42,329 nucleotides of DNA from contig NIVC01002749.1 of NCBI GenBank assembly GCA_002269645.1, positions 1 to 42,329 of the forward strand, read 5' to 3'. Numbering within the stretch: the stretch's first letter is position 1; every line of letters starts with the position of its first letter. Origin of the DNA: Macrostomum lignano. Its lineage: Eukaryota. The notes beneath the pieces are model-generated. The model was not told the DNA's origin and ran no database searches. It was given only the letters and a program-made list of their open reading frames with translations. The position numbers and the translations under genes are program-made. Of this stretch, positions 21,346 to 34,313 are shown one piece after another.

Positions 21346-24300
21346 TTATTCTTCATGGCCTTTCACCAGACTGATTACCTGAAACAAGTATTAAAACAAA
21401 TAGCTATATCGATACTTCGAAAAAGTTCCATACTTGAAGCCCCGCCAAGAATTTCCCCAGCTTGCCTGGTGCCCGAACAGCAAGGCCAGCGTGCCGGATG
21501 CGCCCACCAGCTGGCAGACGGCCAGCAGGGCGCCCCGCAGCGGAGCGGCGCTGTCCGGCAGGCAGAAACCCAGCGCCAAGCCCACCAGAGCCGCGGTGCC
21601 GACATTGCAGACGCTGGCTGCGGTGAGGCGGGCGTCGCTTGGCTCACTCGGGCGGAGCTGTCGCGTCTCCCAAGCGAAAAACAGCCCGAAAAGCAGCTGG
21701 ATGCCTGAAGTACATAAATATTAAGGCTTGTAACTTCTTTGATCAACTTGCATATTCAACGGTTGCTGACCTTTAAACCCAATGAGGACGCCAATCCACA
21801 CAATGTTGGAGCTCGATCGGCACACGGAGAGCACTTCGCGCACCAGCGAACCAGACTGAATGTTCTCCTAAAAGTGATTTCAGTACGAACTTACGAGTAG
21901 TTTCCGACTCTTATTTCCGCACAACGGATTTTATCGATGGATTGTATCTGACTTTGAATAAACCTAATTGTTACACTTCCTCCTACTAATGGATCTTGTT
22001 GATTAACTTCAATGAGTGCATGAGTGCATGTAATGGAGTCGAAATTGATGCCATGATAAATACGTAGCTTGTAGCTCGTATAGGCTTTTAGCCATTGCTC
22101 ACCAAAGCCCATAGATCGACAGTCAGTAGCTTCGTTGGGTCAAACACGGACCATGAAGTCAAAATTGCAGCGTCAGTTGCCAGCAGGGCCGCGACCAGGC
22201 CAGGAAGAACCGAGTCACGAGGCCGCTGAAGAGTTAAGAAGCGGAAGAATTGACTTACAGTCCATAAAAGTCCATGATTCGCTCATATCTCTTAAGTTTC
22301 TACTTTATCTTCGTATGCATGCAATTACGAGATATATTCGTAATTAAAAGACATTAGCACAAGGGTCAGCGAAGAACCTGCTGGTGGTAAGCCGCTGTGG
22401 CCAGCCTAGCTGCAGATATATGTAGCCACGAGTATACACAACGAGCTATATCCGAGCCACAACTCATTTATGGGTCGCTCACACTTCCTGAAACGGTGCA
22501 GTGGAGGCGCCACATTTTAGTCAGCATGGCGCCCAGCCCGAAGGAGCAGCCGGTGCACAGCAGAACCGCCTGAGCCCAGCAAAGATCGCAGGAGGCTCCA
22601 GCAACCAAATTCACGGCCTGAATGACGCAGCTGATGCTGCATAGCAGGCAGCCCACAGACACGCAGCAGTTCGCTCTCGGGCTGCTTAGCCTGATGACGG
22701 CTGCCTCTGAGCGGAAGATGTTCAGGCAGACTGATGCGATGCTGAGCACAGCGGTCAAGCCGGAGATCGCAATGATGACGATGGCGGCCGGTGCGGACAG
22801 GGTCAGCTGCCGCCACTCCAGCAGCGGCTCGTCAACCGGCGGCTTGGAACCTGAATGAGTTGTTGGCTCTGTTTAAGCGTTTAAATATTTTCTGTGCAAT
22901 AAAATTAGTATGCTGAATAAAACTTTACCAGCAAACCACAGTTGCTTTAGCCAGGTTATGGCACCCGTCACTGGGCTGAACTCTGCCACTAAATCAACTG
23001 TATTGTCTGCAATTAGTAATGGATGCTGGTATACTCGTAGCAAAGAGTACAGTTGAAATGTCACATTGATCTGGCTCTCACTTCGATGCTGATATATTAG
23101 TAGATCAGCCGTGCGGTCGTTGTTGTCATCAAATGCGATGGGACCCTGGATACGGTAAAAATATGCCCTTGTATTTAAAAACATCACTCGTTTCCATGCT
23201 TATTAGTGATACACGAATCAAAGCCTACTGAAATTCCCACGAAGTTGGTTGACTTCAAACTTTCAATCAAGGCCTGCTTGAAGGGTGTCTTGCGCCGGGA
23301 CGAGTAGTTGCCGTTGTCCGAGTAATCTCCCTGCTGCAGCGTCGCGTTGATGGCCACCGCAGCTGTCAGAAAGGCGTCAAACTTCAGGTCGAGACCGAGG
23401 ATTGTTGAAGACACCGTGATTTTTTCCCGGTCAGGGTACACGCTGAGGAACTTGTTGTACAGCTCTTTCGAAGTCTGAAGAGTTATGTTATTATTCAGTC
23501 ACTAAATAAGGTGCCATAAAAATTATTGGGATTCGGAAATTCATAAATTTAAATAATGTGAATTATGCTCTACTCGCGATAATTGCCATCTCACGAATGA
23601 AATTTGCGGGGAATTTATGAGTGTGTAATGCCTTCTACAAAGTTCTCCATGATCGAGTGGAACAAGCAACTAGTGCCGCACCAGTCCGACAATGCTGCGC
23701 GGTCTCCGGTCGGCCATTTCAGTCACAACACTACCAAATTCCACAGAACCCTCCAGAGCTGAAGCGGCCGCGCTGGTTGAGCACTTCGGTGGTCGCGAGT
23801 GCAGCCGCTGAGTGTAGCCCAAATGAATCCAGAAGTACTTGGGTCCGAACAGTCTGTATTTGAAGATCTGAGGGTTAGTAGAATTACGTAAACCAATTGA
23901 TTTAGAGCATTAAACTAGAAAATAAAGCTCATTCTTACCAAACATTCCAGCCGCTGCTCTTCAGAAAACACAACTCGAACGGCTATGAAAATTCGAATGT
24001 CTCTTGTCTGTAAAGGTCAAATGGGAATACTTAATGGTTTAAATGGTTTGAACAAATTGGAACCAGAATTACAGCTCGTTTCTGACTAGCAAAAAAAGTC
24101 TTTCTAAAAGCCTGGCTTGAGCAAAAACAGTGGAAAAATTTATCGACTTGCTAGGAGGCGGTGCTTACAATCAGGTGCTCAAGCTGTTCCGTAGCGTCAG
24201 TCGCGTAGATTACTTTTTCGTAATGTGTGATGTTGCTGGCCGTCAGCTTTGTCTCCAAGTCGTTAACCATCTAGTAATTTTTTGTTTACAGGAAAGCGGA

Positions 24301-25481
24301 TATAGCATTTGCCATGCAGCAGTATCAGCAGAACAAAGTGGCTTCTCTGATCAAAGACAGTTTTTTAAAATAGGATTCGACTCAGAATCTCCGTTTCATC
24401 GCACACTAATCAAAAGCTAATAGACCTTCTGATTACGGGAAAATTCTGGTCAAAAAAGGCCTAAACGGAAATAATTAAGACTATTTCTGCCTCAGAAGCT
24501 CCAACTGGCGCCTCTTCTCTGAAGAAGTGTCTGTACTACGAACTAACTGCCCGGCCGCAAGGTTTGGGTTAGGCAATGCTGTAAGTGACCTTGGATTTCT
24601 AAAACGTTAAAATAAAATAAAACGTGATGTCATGACTACACTATCCTTCAACCAACGAGAAACAGATAGAGTAAGAAAACTTCTCGATATAGATTTAATG
24701 AATTCAAATTCAAACTATAAAAACTTTTTTTCGAAATTTTGGAAAGGGGTTACAATATCTCACGGATGCCACACTGCCAGAGTCGGCTACTAAAAGGCCA
24801 ACCCTGGCCCATCGGTACCGCAGCAGCAGCTGCACAGTGAGCTCCGCGTACTGGCTCTCGGTGTAACACAGGCGAAGAAGTACGGATAGGCCCTCTTGTT
24901 GCTGAGATCCGAGGCCGGAGCTGACGTGCCGATCTGAAATTTAGTTTAAGAAACTTTCATGCATTTCATCATGTATTTTCATTTTACTTTCATCACGCAT
25001 CCCTGCCGCTCAATCCCACCTGGGCAGCATAGTAGTACTTGGCCAAGTCGGCCACTGACTGCGCCTGCTGAATGAGGACGGGGCCGATGACCAGGGCTTT
25101 CGGAGGCGGCGACAAATAGCCGTCTATGAACTCCTTGACTGCACTGCCGGTGTCACTCTGAGGAAAATTACAATGAGGCATGAGGCGGACTACCGTTTTC
25201 ATTGAGGTATTTTTGCACTGTTGCACTTTCAAGTTAAGAATTGATGAATCACTCACCATCACAGGAAACCGGTTCTCATACTCGAGTCGGAAACTGGGAA
25301 ACAGGTGGGTCAGGTTGTTAATGTATCCAACCGAGAACTCATTGTAATAGACTGCTGTTTCTTGACTGCTGGTTGACTCGTAGTCCAGAACTAGAAGGTG
25401 AAAGGTGCTTCTGTTTTCCGAGGCAGCTGCAAGAACGGCTGCGTCGTGCATACAAAAAGCTAAAAGCAGCAGGAGCAGCAT
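21346..25481 (-). CDS. GABA-B-receptor-like class C GPCR, copy A (signal peptide, Venus flytrap, 7TM, ~10-aa C-tail); one 1-nt frameshift
   Basis: Motifs: IGPVL; SAP.SDLSNKRAYPYFF(R); RDIRIFI; GPKYFWI; GPIAFDDNNDR; KPPVD; LSSPRAN; FGLGAMLTKMWRLH; WSVFDP; LFGLFFAWETR. A 1-nt deletion at ~24874 (TTC TTC [C]GC) shifts the frame. The last intron has a GC donor at 21465. Stop TAA at 21346-21348. Confidence 0.88.
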
Positions 25482-27640
25482 GCTTTCTCGCAGTCACAGC
25501 CTCGAGCTCATTAGGAGCTTCAAGTTCAGGAAAGCAGATTAGGGCTAGTTGGATCAGACGTTAAGTATAGGATGGATAAAATTCAAATTTGATCTCATTG
25601 GCTAGAATGGTCACCGTGGATGCACGAATTTTACTTGGCTCTTTGACTGCTACGAGCTGGTTGAATTTTAGTCCAGAATGAAGAAAAACGGCAAACTTAG
25701 ATAAAATGCTCAACTGAGAGGTCTGTCACTGATACCACTATGCCAAGGTTAATGAGATGTCAAGGCTCCCGGGATTTTTTGAGATGGGATCAAGAAAAAT
25801 ATTGAAATTTCGATTGCCTACTGATGCAACTGTGCGTTTGACTGCTCCTGTTTACGTCCCCTTGCTCTGCCCCTGCGTATTTACTGTTCATTTATTATTT
25901 TCTCATGATTTCCTCATGTTCAAATACTGTTGATACATGGTCAAAGATGCATCTGATTTGCGTCAACGCTTCAGTTCCTCGCTTTCCAAGGCTGCTGCTT
26001 GGGGCAGCTCTTGGTTTGCTTAGTTTAGTTGGTTGTCGAGCCATCTTCCTGTCCTGCGATTTGCTTGAGTACAGCTTCCGATTCTGGAAAGGCGTGGTCG
26101 CGCTTCAGCTCATGACATTCATAAGAAACAAATCGATATTGAGTTCGATTGCACCAGAGAAATGTGCCGCGCGATCTTTGAACGCCTCTTGGTGAAGCTC
26201 GTTCACAACTCAGCGAAATGAGTCATCAAATTACACGAATACACGCTTCACGGATTCGTGTAAAATTCGAGTGATGGCAGCCGCATGAATTCGCATTTTT
26301 GATGAAAGAGACAGAAAGTATTTCCTAAAGTGCTGCACATCCAACTCCTAGTGGTGCTGGTGTCCGCAGTAAAAATTCCGTGAACTTACACAAAGTGACT
26401 TTTTCGTCCTTAAAACTGATACTCAGTCATGTTAAATGAATAAAATTCTGTTTTGACAACAGAAGGTGAAATCTACTACGAGTACAGTCCGTTATTCGTT
26501 ACTTGCTCCGGGACTGTGAAGTGATTCTGTGAAGTGATTCGTGAAGTAAATGTAAAACTAATAAAATGTAAAACGTTTGCTATGCATCTGCTTTCAAAAA
26601 ATGTTCTGCAATAAATATCTCGAAAATTCTTAAACAGTTTTTAAACGGTTTTTCCAAACTTTTGGTGTTAGAGCGAAATTTCCCTAAAATGACATGAAGA
26701 CTTGAAACCTTTGTCAAAGGATTTTTGAGTCAATTAACTGGCTGCTGCTGCTAGTTGCTCCATACTTACAAGTTTAGACTGCTGATGTAATCCAGGTGGG
26801 TTAGAAGTTATATTCTGACGCTTTGTTAAAATATATGTAATTTATTTCATTTTCCAAACGGAGACCTCTTTGTTTTATAGAAACACCTGTCAAACTTGCT
26901 CTCTTTGACCAATTAATTATGTCAACCGCCCCGGCAATTAAAATTATTCACAGGTTTTGACCTCGGACCAGGCTGTGGAAAACTCAAGATTGAGACAGTG
27001 AAGCGATAGAATATGTAATTCGCGGGAATAACAGATAATTTTGTGAGCCACTGTAACCTGCTTTTTGCCTGCTAAATCATTAACCGCTTGAGACAAGTAA
27101 TCACCGGCAACAATAGCTGAATATAGGAATAATTAGCAAGCTTTTTCTCTGAAAAAACTCTAAGGAGACAAGCTGCAAGTCTCTCAACTCTCGGTGCAAA
27201 AACAGTTGCGCCAGCTTGTGAAAACGTCGTGTATTTCTAATTTTTTCGGGTGAAAAAGCAAACAGAGCTTTTGATTGCTCGATCGAAATTTTGAGTGCTG
27301 AGGACCCTGAGAAGTGCATTGGGTTAGGGTTTCACGAAACGATTCCAGATCGATAACTAGCAGCTAGTCGTGAGAATAAGAAGTGAAACTTACTCAATGT
27401 CATATTTTTCCAGTAAAATCTTTGAGTAAGTATTTCTCCAGACAAAGTCAACTTTGCAAAATGGATGCATGTTAAAACCAGAATCCACTATATGGAAATC
27501 TGTTACACTAAGGATATTTTGCTTTCTAACTCTACGATCTGAGTCGAAGTTTCTACGATTGTGTTTTTCTCGAATTTCAATGTTTGTTCTGAAAACACTC
27601 GCTCGCACTGTCGTTGCTTATAAGCCTTGACGCTGCTCAG

Positions 27641-30600
27641 TTAAGTAGTCGAGGTCTGGTTTTGATTCATTGTGGACCCGTTGCCAGGCAGTGTGTTGTT
27701 GAGATCGTCCACCTTTGACGGGCCGTGTTTGATGATGGTGAAGATCTGGAGTGTGAATCATGGCGAATTGCTTGATTTTCGTAAGCCCTCTAAAAGCCCT
27801 AGGACAGAGCGGCTTACCTTACTACCGAAGACGATAATAACCACAGTGGTGCAGCAGAGAAAGATGCAGCCATTGATGAGGAGAAAACGCACGTTGACCT
27901 CGCTATTCGGCAGCACGAACGCCATGGTCACGCCAATAGCGCCCATCACCAAGGTGTTGTACACGCAAACGCCAATTTTCTTGGAATCGTTGAGGCTCTC
28001 AACGTGCACCATGCGGGTCTCCCAGGCAAAGAATATGCCAAAGATGAGAAGCAGGCCTGCCAATTCAGAATAATGTACTTAAAGGTAACGATTATGCAAA
28101 AAAAATTTATTGGCGTACTCATGTGCACAAGACATTAAAAAGGCTGCAAGTTCGACCAGTTTTCTCACGGTCTCCACCGCACCTGCAAATATATCAATAA
28201 TTGAGGCTATTGAAATCTGTGAGGTTATGTGGACCTTGAGAACCCTATTGAGCCGACAGTAAGCCTGTGGAGTTCACCGAGCATAATCTATCGTTTCTTA
28301 CTCGACTGAACAACATAAATTTATGACTCAACGAAAACTTGACGCTTGCCTTTGATCCCGAGAAAAATTCCGGTCCACATGACCGAATTGTTGCAGTCAC
28401 ACTCCTGAATTTCCTGGGATTCGATTGTTCCAGAGCTGAGCCACTCCTGGATGAGCAGGGCGACGGACATTCGATACGAATGGACAGCGGATATTCGATG
28501 GAACAGGAAAGTGGCACAAAATACCTACTCACCACAACGGCTAACTGAGTGATTTTGACTTTGATGGGGTCCTTGACAGCCCAGACTATGAAGACGATGA
28601 TGTCAGCCAAGACGATTGCCAGAACCATGGCCACCAGGTGCATATCCTTGATTGACTGCAATCAAATATTATGATTTGGCATGCGCATTGAGCTAGGAAA
28701 ACTATTAAGTGTGTGGTGCTCGGTTATACTGAATGAATCAAAGTTGAGCATGATTGTCCTAAAAAACTCAGCTTACCACTCGGCGCAAATTTTTTGTCGT
28801 GAAGATGATGTGCACCCGCCAAGTCTTGGACAGCATGGCTCCATAAGCCACCGAGTAGCCAATGCACAGGCAGATCGTCTGCAGCCAGCAGTAGACTGCA
28901 GAGTTGCTCCAGTGTCCGGAGATGGCGCTGAAGATGCTGGACATGTAGCACATGATGCATCCGACAGCCATTAGGTTGTTGATATTCGGCGAGGACATCT
29001 TGATGAAGCGAAGATGGCGGAAAGCTAAGTTTACGCCAATCGAAGAGATGGTGAGAGCCACGCCGACAGAGCAAAGAAAAATTATGACGATGGCGTTGCT
29101 CCTTGGAACCGAGATGCGATACGTGACTCTCTTGGGCATGTCGCTGGGTGGCTGACCACCTGTGCATGGTTTTAGCTTAATTAAGTATCCAACAGCAGAG
29201 TAAAACGAGTTGCATAACTTGAAATTCAGTAAGCCTAGCTTTTTAAAAGCGAGCTTTTTGATACCATGCTCGACAGTTCTTTTTTTATGAAAAAAGACTC
29301 ACCAGCGAACACCAAATCCTCGTACCACTCAAGCTTATCCGCGTAGGTGTCAATAAGGGCAACCGGTACGCCCTTAAAGCCTAAAATTTCGGTTATAAAA
29401 CACTATATTGCAGTTATATGGAGCGATGGTGTGAATTAGGCATGTAAAAATCACATCGACTCTCACTTCGAATCTGGTAAGCGATCGCGTTAGCCAGGCG
29501 ATCTCCATTCTGGTCCAGCTTTACGCGACCCTGCGAATACGATTTTTAAAATACCAAATCTTCAGCTCAGATCATCAATAATTCTTCAAGTCTTGCACTT
29601 TGTCACTTACAGTTAGTCCATAAAAATCGACAGCTCTGATATTCTTCAACAGTTCAGTTTTGAATGGACTGCTGTCCAGATCCAAAGCCGTTGAGTAGGC
29701 GTGCTTCATCAGCGTTTTGTTAAGCGCAATGGCCGCAACAGTCATTGCGTCCAAACGCGTAGCAAGGCCTCTGATCGAGACCACACTTTCGTTAACCAGG
29801 TGGGGGTACCGTCGTAGGAAGCTGGCGAACAGGCTGTTGATGGGCTGGCGTTTTGGGTTGCAAAGAACGGCTTTCGTATTAGTAAACTGAATTAAAACTG
29901 CATTGTAAGTATTTAAGTATTGATCAGTAAGATCGATTTTCAGTCAGTCGCTATCAGACGCAAACTCACCACCTGGCCGATTCCAGTTTCATTGTCAAAG
30001 ATATCAAAATGAGACCTAAAATAGAGCGAGCCCTCTGCTCCATCGGCTAGCATCTGGCTGCTGCAGGTGTCCTGCAGATTGTGTGAGAAGGTTCGCGTAA
30101 ATCCCAGTTGGATCCAGAAGTAGCGAGGTCCAACCGCGTTGTTCATCTTAAGCTGTTTAGAAAAAAAGGAAGAATTTTTTCTGAAATCGCATGTCGATAT
30201 CTATTCTTACTTGGTATGTGCACTATAACGGTGCAACGGCGCTCACCAGACATTCGAACTTTGTCCCAGTTTCGATATTTCCAGCTCGAACGACGATAAA
30301 AATTCGAATGTTCATGTTCTGGAAGCGTTTGGTCAGTTCAAGATAAAATCTGTTCTACTCGTAGCTAATTAATGCTCTTGAAAGTTTGAAAATTCTTTGC
30401 GATACAAAAGCGTACCAGCAATTGTTTCAGACTGTCTTCCGGATTATGTTGATAAACAGCTTTGCTCAAAACAGTAATCTTATTCTCAGCTAGCAAAACC
30501 TCCAACTGTTGTGTAATCTAAAATCGGTTTTGGATGATAGTGAAGTTATATCCATATTTTCCGAAGAAAGAGAAAATGTCATGAAAAAATTTCTGAGAAA

Positions 30601-32715
30601 AAACGTAGAAGTGACTTGTATAGACCACGAAACTCGAAACTCGAAGCGTCGGACGATCTGGTCAGAGCTCAGTCAGCAAAGTGAGTTCTACCAATGAGAC
30701 ATTGATGGCTAAGAACATCGGTCAGGACTGGTGCGTTCTGACTTGGATTGCACCATTGGCGATTAATTTATGCGCCCATATAGAATAAAATACGGGCGTA
30801 TATGACAGACGGGCTAAATAGCTAAAAGCAGCTGTTGAGATATCAAGACAAAACATGGAGTCTCAAACAGCAAGCTAAACGATGGAAAAATCGATATACG
30901 AACCGCCTTAAAGTTCGACAAAACACCTCTTCGGTCAATGGAAATCGACATGGGACGGATTCGAGGTGCTCTAAAGATTGGCGGCAATGAAGGATGAGAC
31001 AGGAATAAGAAGTTTTGCCTCCACACCCTGCGGTACAGCTTCAGTCTGAAAACATTTAAGCTGGTAGAAAACTTGCCAAGCCTGAAAAAAAGAAGACCCT
31101 AGTAAGATTATTGATACCATAAGAATTTCGTCACAGGAGAGATAAAGAGACTTTCAACAGACTCAAATTCTGGTTGAGATGTCAGCGCGCTGATGATGAT
31201 GATGATTCATGACCGTCAAGGAGTTGGCGAGCAGGTGCATTACTCTAAATGCTGCATGCAGTGCGGGGAACTTCTGCTGTGCGATAAAACCGTCACTGGA
31301 TTCCACGACACAAGCGCCATGGAGAAGCCAAAATTCATTTGCGAATCTGCAGAATTCAGACTATAAGAATTAGGGCTCGGACAATGACTTTGTAGATATC
31401 AGGCAGGGTATTGAGGCACTGGTACCTTGACGTCTGTCGATATCAGCCAGGGTATTGGGGGCACTGGGACCTTGACGACTGTCGATATCAGCCAGGGTAT
31501 TAGGGCACTGGTACCTTGACGTCTGTCGATATCAGCCAGGGTATTAGGGCACTGGTACCTTGACGACTGTCGATATCAGCCAGGGTATTGGGGGCACTGG
31601 TACCTTGACGTCTGTCGATATCAGCCAGGGTATTAGGGCACTGGTACCTTGACGTCTGTCGATATCAGCCAGGGTATTAGGGCACTGGTACCTTGACGTC
31701 TGTCGATATCAGCCAGGGTATTGGGGCACTGGTACCTTGACGTCTGTCGATATCAGCCAGAGTATTGGGGCACTGGTACCTTGACGTCTGTCGATATCAG
31801 CCAGGGTATTAGGGCACTGGTACCTTGACATCTGCAGATATCAGCCTCAGGGTATTGGGGTACTGGGACCTTGACATCTGCAGATATCAGCCTCAGGGTA
31901 TTGGGGTACTGGTACCTTGACATCTGCAGATATCAGCCAGGGTATTGGGGTACTGGGACACTGACGTCTGAGAGTTTTTTTCGAGGCTTTTTAGACTCAC
32001 CGCGGAAACTCCGTCATAGTCGCTAGCGAGAAGGCCCACATTTTTCCAGTTGTATCGCTTCAAAATTTGTATCATACCCACCAGATAAAGGCTGTTAGAC
32101 GTGGTGGTTCGTGAGAAGTACGGATAGACGGACTTGTCCGCCAAAGCGGGGGTAGTGGCTGTGGCGCTAATCTGGAATAAGGATAAGCGTATGTGGAATT
32201 CTATATTAGAGTCAAACTCAAACACGGAAATGAACCTTGGAATGGCCCAAGAATGAAAGAGCATAAAATTGAACGACTAATCATACCTGGGGCAGGTAGT
32301 AGTAGCCCCCGGCCAGCTCGGACAGAACCACCGCCTGGTTTGAGTAGGCAGGCCCGAACAGAAGAGCTTTGTTCGGTTCGTTCACGTAGCCGTCAATGAA
32401 CTTGCGAAGCGCGCTCCCCTGCAGCTCCTATGGCAAAGAAAGAAAGGATTTTGACTGCGAACATAATTTCAGGTTGCCAATCTCATCAAAACTCACCTTT
32501 TCGGCGCAGAAGAAAGAGGCATCAATGCGAAACGTATAGTTAAACTCTGGCTGCGCAGTCACATTGTTAATGTAGTCGAGGGCGAAGGAGTAGTATTCGA
32601 CATCGAACCGGAGTGTGGCGTTCTTTGAGCAGATAACCAGGGTGTGCACAGTTGTGCGGTTGTCCGATTGAGCTCTTACTGTCGCTATTAACAGCAACAG
32701 AAGCAGATATCGCAT
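27641..32715 (-). CDS. GABA-B-receptor-like class C GPCR, copy B (apparently intact; ~35-aa C-tail)
   Basis: About 13 exons traced in phase: MRYLLLLLLIATVRA; LLFGPAYS; ATTPALADKSVYPYFSRT; NIRIFIV; GPRYFWI; GRVKLDQNGDR; GQPPSD; IKMSSPNINNLMAVG; YGAMLSKTWRVH; WAVKDP; GLLLIFGIFFAWETR.V.VESLNDSKKIGVCVYN. GC donor at 28349. Stop TAA at 27641-27643. Confidence 0.92.
31395..31970 (+). repeat. 44-45-bp tandem repeat, ~13 copies, in an intron of GPCR copy B
   Basis: Unit GTATTAGGGCACTGGTACCTTGACGTCTGTCGATATCAGCCAGG, with ordered variants toward the right end and no spacers. Confidence 0.95.
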
Positions 32716-34313
32716 CTTGGCGCAGCTCTTGTAAGTCAGGTATAAGTTCTGTTGTAGGCTTTCTCATCTTGTCACTTCAACTCCCCTTTATATAGAAAGT
32801 CGAGCCTTCACCGTTTATCCAACAGCAAAAAAGGGTTTTGCGAAAATTTAGACAATGGCGTGACTAGCATTGCTCTAATTCGATACTTCAGGAAAGACAC
32901 CTGCCTTTCTGTTCTCATCCTTCAGCTAACGGCTGATGAGCAAGTCATGCGAAGGGTGTTGAAGCTTTGAGAACCGTTTTTTCAACATAATTTCGAATCA
33001 GCGCCGACAATTTAGAACTCTCGAGCACATTTGGAAAGACAGCTTAAACCAAAAATTATCTGTGTTTTAAAAAATTTTACAGTTGGCGCTGAAGAAGTGC
33101 TTTGGTGAGCAGCACAGCTTTATCCATTATTTAATCTATAACCATAGATACTCATCTATGGTTATATACCATCAGGGTTCTAACAAGGTTATTGGTTTTC
33201 GGCTAGAGTTAGAAATAGGGATAGAACTAGTGAATGAAGAATGAGTGAATGAGTGAGCTTTTATTCCATGTAGTATCGCTCGATATTATCGCTCGAGCTC
33301 ATTGCCCATTGCTCACGCTCTGTACACGTTGCTGCTCTACCGTAACTTTAAAGTACACTTGCTGGTGTTTTAGCCCTTGGGTTGGGGTGGCTGCTTATTG
33401 ATCAGCTTATATATATTCGTCTCGCCTATTTTCTGCTCTTGACTTTGGTTTTGTCTCGCATAGAGACGCCTAACCGCAGTACCCCTGTGAAACTTGTCTC
33501 TGCCTGGCCGAAAGCTTGTAATGAGTTAGTAGGCTGGGTTGGCGGGTAATAGTGGATCAGGAAGGGCTGTGGGTAGCTGTATAGGAAGGCAGGCCTATAC
33601 CTGTTCCAGTTGGTGCTCTGCATGACGGTCTACCTCGGAGTGCCCTCTGAGCGAACAGCCAGCGACCTATTAAAGCTGGAGTGTGCCAGAACCAGGACTG
33701 AGTCTGAACAGGACGAGACCGTTGGCAGGGTCACTATAGAAATGGCGGGTTGGCGAAGCAAAGGGTGAAATAGTCCCGGCGATTAGCCCTCCTGCCGCTT
33801 CAAAGATAAGAGACTGTCTTGGCAAGAGTACCCGGGGGTGGTGGGTGGTCGGCCCCAGCTGGTAGCCACGGCTCTCGGTCTTCGGACCAACCCTAATAGG
33901 CTTTGGGGCCAACTAACCGGATTTTTTGGGCACGGGCTTCCTGACTGGTACGTCGAACCCTCGCTGTCCCCGGGGAGGTTTAGATAAGCCAATTGGGTTT
34001 GGGGTAGGCGTACGCTCTGAGGGTCGGGGTAGGGCCCGCTCTCGGCCTGACTGGCGCCGCTTGCCCGGCTCGATGTACAGTCCTCTTAGCTAATTAGGAT
34101 CTTAGTGTACATTAGTACACTCCCAACCTGGAACCTATATTTCTCTAGTGGCGTAAGAGCCTTTTTCAATGGCTGAGGCGCCGGTTTACTTATTACTGTA
34201 CTGTACTTCTGCTCTTGACTTGCTTCTTTAACGGAAAGAGCTAGGCTAAGTATTGCGGTTAATGATTCGGACTACTAGTTACGGGAATTGGGGGAAACGG
34301 AAACCGTAGGGGC

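Noticed and set aside
31150-31350. Open minus-strand frame after a good acceptor (FANEFWLLHG...HHHH) within GPCR B
   Set aside because: The flanking GPCR exons already join in phase and match copy A without it, and it shows no homology I recognise.
17149-31970. CRISPR-like appearance of the 45-bp and 44-bp arrays
   Set aside because: Units are head-to-tail without unique spacers, there are no cas genes, and the context is eukaryotic and intronic or intergenic.
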